Shown here in pieces: positions 59,472-64,000 of a stretch of DNA of 64,000 nucleotides. Location: positions 179,734-243,733 of the forward strand of contig CALAJV010000001.1 of assembly GCA_937922805.1 (NCBI GenBank). The letters are read 5' to 3'. Position numbers and translations under genes: made by a program. The stretch is from an uncultured Acidimicrobiales bacterium. GTDB taxonomy: Bacteria; Actinomycetota; Acidimicrobiia; Acidimicrobiales; SZUA-35. Every line of letters begins with the position of its first letter. Position 1 is the stretch's first letter. The notes under the pieces are model-generated. The model was not told the DNA's origin. It saw only the letters and a list, made by a program, of their open reading frames with translations, and did not search any database.

Positions 59472-59969
59472 GTGACACTCAAGCGATACTTAGTAGTCGC
59501 CAACAAAACTCTGGTCGGCGATCAGGTCCCGACGCTTGTCGCCGAACGGGCGACGTTAGGACCAGCAGAGTTCCACATTCTGGTTCCGGCAACCCGATCC
59601 CGAGAAACGATTCGTCTGGTCGCTGGAGCAGCCGACCCATTAACCGGGTACACCGTTGTTTCGCCTGATGATCTCGCCGCGTCTCGGGAAAGAGATCGGG
59701 CCTTAGCGGCCGAACGACTAGCAACTTTTGTCACCCGCCTAAATGAGTTAGAACAAATCGAAAATGGGACGACGGTCATTACCAGCGAAGTTGGAAGCCA
59801 CGAGCCTTTCCGAGCCATTGCCGCAGTTCTAGAAGAAACCACATTCGACGAGATAATAATTTCTACCTTGCCTTCAGCAGTATCACGGTGGCTTCGAATG
59901 GATCTACCAAGCCAAATCCGACGTGAATTTCCGATTCCGATAATCGTCGTTCACCCCCAATCGGACTGA
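59472..59969 (+). CDS. Universal-stress-protein-like (adenine nucleotide alpha hydrolase fold) protein
   Basis: YLVVANKTL...FHILVPA...FDEIIISTLP..SRWLRMDLP..PIIVV. Confidence 0.7.
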   Translation: MTLKRYLVVANKTLVGDQVPTLVAERATLGPAEFHILVPATRSRETIRLVAGAADPLTGYTVVSPDDLAASRERDRALAAERLATFVTRLNELEQIENGTTVITSEVGSHEPFRAIAAVLEETTFDEIIISTLPSAVSRWLRMDLPSQIRREFPIPIIVVHPQSD

Positions 59970-60091
59970 GGCGGCTAGGCATCCTCGAGCCAAATGCTGG
60001 CTCTTTGGCGAGTCGCCCAGAAATGGCGTCCGGATCACAACGTGACCGGTGTCAATGGGTGTCTTGGGCCGAACCCTGCCATAGTTGACTA

Positions 60092-61354
60092 GTGACCCGT
60101 ACTGATATGGAGCCCAAGGTAGGCAACGGTGGCAGCTCCATGTTCGCCTCTTTTGCTATTCGCCCATTTCGAATAATTTGGACAGGCACATTCCTGTACT
60201 ACTTGTCGATTTTCACCGGCATTATCGCCCGGGGCGCATTGGCAAAAGACCTTGGCGGAACGAACACTGCGCTAGGGGTCGTCACCTTGGCCTTCGGGGC
60301 TGCTTCGCTCGTTGCTACGCCAATTGGCGGTGTTGTGGCCGACCGGTTCCCTAAACGACTAGTAATGATCTGCTCGACCCTATTGTTGTCTGCTACTTCG
60401 CTGTGGCTGGCCGTAACTGAGCTGCTCGACAGTACCGAGTTCTGGATGCTGATCGTCGTGTCTGCCATCCAAGCAGTAGCGTTCGCTCTTTTGGTGCCAG
60501 CTCGAATGGCTTACACGGTCGAACTCGTCGGCTCTTCGTTGATTCCAAACGCGGTCGCTCTGGCCCAAGTGTCAATGAACTTCAATCGGGTTCTCGGTCC
60601 GGCTTTGGCTGGAGCAATGCTCGGTGTTGCTTGGCTGAGTTATCAGGCGGTGTACTTTACGTCCGCCGCCCTTGGAGTGGGCTCTGTGATCTGCTTTGCT
60701 TTCCTCGGACCCGGGCTGCCCGATCCGAATAGGCCGAAGCGGGCGCCGTTGGCAGAATTAGGCGACGGCATTGCCTATGCCCGGGCAAACCCAACAATTC
60801 GAGTCGTCATGATTTTCGCTATCGCGACTACCATGATCGCTTTTCCCTACATTGCTTTTCTTCCGAGTGTTTCCGAAGACTTTTTCAACGCCGGAGCTGC
60901 CGGGTACGCCCGACTTTCACTAGTTGGCGCTGTTGGCGGGCTGGCAGCCGGACTGGGCGTTGCTCGATCATCGTTAGCAAGCGGACGATCTATTCAATTC
61001 GTGTCCGCTCTCGGTATCGGCGTGAGTTTGATCTTTCTTGGTTGGGCTCCTACGTTCGGAACCTCGGCCCTCGCAGCAACCTGCGTCGGAGCGGCCACCG
61101 CAGGGTTCCAGTCAATGAATGGCACAATGGCGCTCAGCGCCAGCGAGCCGGCATTTCATGGTCGAATGCAGTCGCTGCTCAACTTGGGATTCAGCGCTTT
61201 TGGTCTCGCATCATTGCCTTTCGGGATCTTGGCTGACGCTATCGGCCTACGCCAAACGCTCGGCCTCATGGGCATAGCCACAATCATCGTTGCCATAGCC
61301 GTCCAGATTTACTGGTCAAGAATCGACCCGCCACCAAGCGAACCAGCGTCCTAG
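60092..61354 (+). CDS. MFS transporter
   Basis: ~12 TM helices; GGVVADRFPKR motif A. Confidence 0.92.
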   Translation: MTRTDMEPKVGNGGSSMFASFAIRPFRIIWTGTFLYYLSIFTGIIARGALAKDLGGTNTALGVVTLAFGAASLVATPIGGVVADRFPKRLVMICSTLLLSATSLWLAVTELLDSTEFWMLIVVSAIQAVAFALLVPARMAYTVELVGSSLIPNAVALAQVSMNFNRVLGPALAGAMLGVAWLSYQAVYFTSAALGVGSVICFAFLGPGLPDPNRPKRAPLAELGDGIAYARANPTIRVVMIFAIATTMIAFPYIAFLPSVSEDFFNAGAAGYARLSLVGAVGGLAAGLGVARSSLASGRSIQFVSALGIGVSLIFLGWAPTFGTSALAATCVGAATAGFQSMNGTMALSASEPAFHGRMQSLLNLGFSAFGLASLPFGILADAIGLRQTLGLMGIATIIVAIAVQIYWSRIDPPPSEPAS

Positions 61355-61397
61355 CCAGAGATTCGAACTTCGACGGCAAGCTGCTATAACTGAGCTC

Positions 61398-62252
61398 ATG
61401 CCAGCTCGCCTACTCTCCCGAAGACGACTACTTGAATCGATCTTTGCCTTACCAATTTCGGCTGCAATCGTCTCCGCCTGTGGCGACAGTTCGGAAACAG
61501 CAGGGCCGACCGCTCCAACCTTGACGCTAACCACCGACCAAACGACAACGGGTTCAGCGGTTACCGAATGGGCATCTGGGGGTACCGAACTTATTTCAGT
61601 CCCCTATCCCGAAACCAGCATTTTCTCATCTACTGTTGCTTGCGCCGTCTCAACCAGTCGAGCCACCGCAGCCGGTCCATGCTATTTCGCTTCGGATACT
61701 GACGAAGACATCTCGCTCGATCGAATTGGTCTGCCGATGCAGGTTTGCTTTCAGCTAATTGACAGCAATTGTGACCCGTTGGCCAATCACGTGATCGAAG
61801 CGTGGCACTGCGATAACCGTGGCGTTTATTCTGGTGACACCTCCAATAGCGCCGATGCGTCGGAGTTCGATGGTGAGTTCTGCACCGACGGCGATCAACA
61901 AGCCCAGTCCAGCAGCTACCTCCGCGGGCAACGAACAACTGATTCGCAAGGTCGAGCGAACTTCAAATCGATTTTTCCCGGATGGTATCCCGGCCGCACC
62001 ATCCATATTCATGTGGCGATCACTGACCCACAGGGTTCAACTCGTTTGGTTTCTCAGTTCGGATTCACCGATGAGGTCGCCGACGAAATATGCGCCACTC
62101 AGGAGCACTACGCCGATCGCGGGGTCCAAGATACACCACTATCCAACGACGTTGTCTTTCCTTCTGATCCTGAATCGTTCCTAATGGCAACGCGGCCAAA
62201 CACCGATGGAACCTTGCTGGCAGTGGCGAGAATCCAAGTCGACGCAGTCTGA
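61398..62252 (+). CDS. Intradiol ring-cleavage dioxygenase-like Tat lipoprotein
   Basis: SRRRLLE twin-arginine, IVSAC lipobox, WHCD..GVYS, LRGQ and PGWYPGRTIHIH motifs. Confidence 0.82.
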   Translation: MPARLLSRRRLLESIFALPISAAIVSACGDSSETAGPTAPTLTLTTDQTTTGSAVTEWASGGTELISVPYPETSIFSSTVACAVSTSRATAAGPCYFASDTDEDISLDRIGLPMQVCFQLIDSNCDPLANHVIEAWHCDNRGVYSGDTSNSADASEFDGEFCTDGDQQAQSSSYLRGQRTTDSQGRANFKSIFPGWYPGRTIHIHVAITDPQGSTRLVSQFGFTDEVADEICATQEHYADRGVQDTPLSNDVVFPSDPESFLMATRPNTDGTLLAVARIQVDAV

Positions 62253-62318
62253 AGATCAACAAACTTGATCCTGGCCGGTCGAACTGATCGATCCATCCCG
62301 GTTAGGGTCTACGGCTGC

Positions 62319-64000
62319 TTAGCCTGCGGGAACGAGTTTCCAGTCGGTGGGCGGGCCACAGATTGGGTTGCAGGCTCTGACCCTGAAGCTATAGCTCCGA
62401 TCGGCCAGCACCCCTGCGCTGATTTCAACCGAGGTGCCGTCAACGTCGATTGGATCTGAGTCAGCTTGATCGACTTGATATTTGGTAATCTCGGCACCAT
62501 TTAGTTCCGGCTGAGTCCAACTTAGTTGGAGGACCCCGCCAATTCGCTGAGCGGTAAAACCGCTAGGTTTCCCTGGCACTCCGGCCGGTGTTAGGTGTTG
62601 GAACTGCGTCCATCCACCGCAGGCCGAATCGACGCAAGCCCGAACCCGAAACGGATAGCTGAATCCATTAACCAAGTCGCTCCATCGATAGGTGACCTGA
62701 GAAACGGTTCGGACTTCGTTGCCGTGTCCTTCGATCTCGTAGGTAACTGAGCCGCTACCGCTGTATGGCACTGCCGACCATTGAAGATCCACTGCCGAGT
62801 CGGCTCGACCGAGAGTAAAGTTGGTGGGTTTTGCCAGCGTAACCGGCTCAGCTCTTGTGACTGATTCGTACGCTGTCCATCCTCCGCAGCCAGCGTCGTT
62901 GCACGCTCTCACCCGGAAACGAGCTGGCCACTGATCCGGCGACGGCCAAGAATAGCCGGTTGAGTTTGACTGCCGGATCGTGTTTCCACCATCAGAGACT
63001 TGGAAGAACTTTACTGAATCTCCGCCATCGAACTCGGGGGATTTCCAGGTGAGGTTGATACTGACCGGTCCAACGCTCGCTTGCAACGATTCAGGAATAG
63101 CCGGCGGTGCGGCCGGGACGACGGCAGACAATGAACTCTGTTCGCCGCATCGTTCGAGGTTGCAGGCTCTAACGGCAATACTGTAGCTCCGACCGTTCGT
63201 AAGCGAGGCCATTTGATGTCGTGGCAATTCGACGGTCACGTCATCCTCATTGGCTGCGGTGACTATGTAGTACGAGATCCCGAGACCACCGTCATCAACC
63301 GGAGGACTCCAACTCCAACTCGCCGACTTATCACCCGGGATTCCAACGACATTTCGCACTAACCCAGGGGCACCGACTACCGCCGGGTCCGCATCGCCGG
63401 TTAAGGCATCATCGTCCGCATCTTGTTCGCCGTCGACGACCTGATTATCAACTGGCACAGGGTTGTCGCCGACCCCCGAGTTGTTGTCAGTTCCTTCAGG
63501 AAGTGGCGAACCGTCGACTGGATTGTTCTCAGCCGCCGAGTCTTCGGTTTGGGCTGAATCACCACCAGACTCGTCACGTTGAGAGTCTTCTGGAACTAAC
63601 GAACCATTCGGCGTGTTGCTTGCAGTTGCCCCTACACCTTCACCCTCGTTTCGCTCCGAGGGTTGAGTATTTGGACGATTGGCATCATCTATCTGCAGCG
63701 AAGCATCAGAAACTGTGGTGTTGACCGTTTCCACCTCTCCCCGATTTGACGCTCCAAGTCTGAACATCAACGCTGCGAGCGAAACCACTAGCAGGAGTCC
63801 CGCTGAGACCAACAGTACGATCCGCCAATTGACACCACCCTCCGGTTCAGAATCTGCCACCTGTCGTAGGCTCGATACAGGCGCTGCTGACTCTTGAGCT
63901 AGTTCCGATACAGACGCTTCCCGAACCCGAGTGGCTCCATCGCTGTGTTGTCTAATTTGATCCCCGTTGCGCTCGGGAGGCTCAGTGCCATTGGCAATCG
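62319..64000 (-). CDS. Single-pass membrane protein with ~4 extracellular fibronectin type III repeats (5' end lies beyond the window)
   Basis: WxPP..DGG..I..Y...RVRACN repeats after a TM helix. The frame has no stop from 63860 to 64000, so the gene likely starts outside the window. Confidence 0.85.
   Translation of the reverse strand, partial: IANGTEPPERNGDQIRQHSDGATRVREASVSELAQESAAPVSSLRQVADSEPEGGVNWRIVLLVSAGLLLVVSLAALMFRLGASNRGEVETVNTTVSDASLQIDDANRPNTQPSERNEGEGVGATASNTPNGSLVPEDSQRDESGGDSAQTEDSAAENNPVDGSPLPEGTDNNSGVGDNPVPVDNQVVDGEQDADDDALTGDADPAVVGAPGLVRNVVGIPGDKSASWSWSPPVDDGGLGISYYIVTAANEDDVTVELPRHQMASLTNGRSYSIAVRACNLERCGEQSSLSAVVPAAPPAIPESLQASVGPVSINLTWKSPEFDGGDSVKFFQVSDGGNTIRQSNSTGYSWPSPDQWPARFRVRACNDAGCGGWTAYESVTRAEPVTLAKPTNFTLGRADSAVDLQWSAVPYSGSGSVTYEIEGHGNEVRTVSQVTYRWSDLVNGFSYPFRVRACVDSACGGWTQFQHLTPAGVPGKPSGFTAQRIGGVLQLSWTQPELNGAEITKYQVDQADSDPIDVDGTSVEISAGVLADRSYSFRVRACNPICGPPTDWKLVPAG

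Noticed and set aside
60043..60054. TGAC-N4-GTCA possible TetR-type operator upstream of the MFS gene
   Set aside because: Too short to distinguish from chance, and there is no adjacent regulator gene.

Overview
This is a ~57% GC chromosomal window from an actinobacterium; Acidimicrobiia-like is my inference from the gene set. Identifiable content: an inositol-type ABC/IolE locus; scattered aromatic-pathway genes (trpB2, aroC, trpG/pabA, pheA); the conserved crgA-trpG-pknB-pbpA-rodA-pstP-fhaB-fhaA-tRNA-Leu(CAG) cell-division block; fatty-acid catabolism genes; and several surface proteins, including a 2778-aa LAXTG-anchored adhesin with 21 alternating Cys/Lys/Glu/Asn repeats. No CRISPR array, integrase or transposase was seen. 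Two signals stand out. (1) A compact operon (10152-14567) encodes a BON/OmpA peptidoglycan-binding membrane protein, a coiled-coil protein, a membrane-anchored longin/roadblock-like protein, a Rab-like small GTPase and a histidine kinase; it is a candidate bacterial longin-GTPase envelope signalling system. (2) A membrane-anchored glutaredoxin/mycoredoxin-like gene (58822-59304) has an in-frame UGA in place of its first catalytic Cys (UxxC), followed by a SECIS-like hairpin, making it a probable selenoprotein that the ORF track truncates. Lesser signals are a DnaA-box-like cluster beside crgA, very compact bidirectional leaderless promoters, a perfect MarR-type operator palindrome and an oversized ABC permease. 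All family assignments come from motif recognition by eye; no searches were run.
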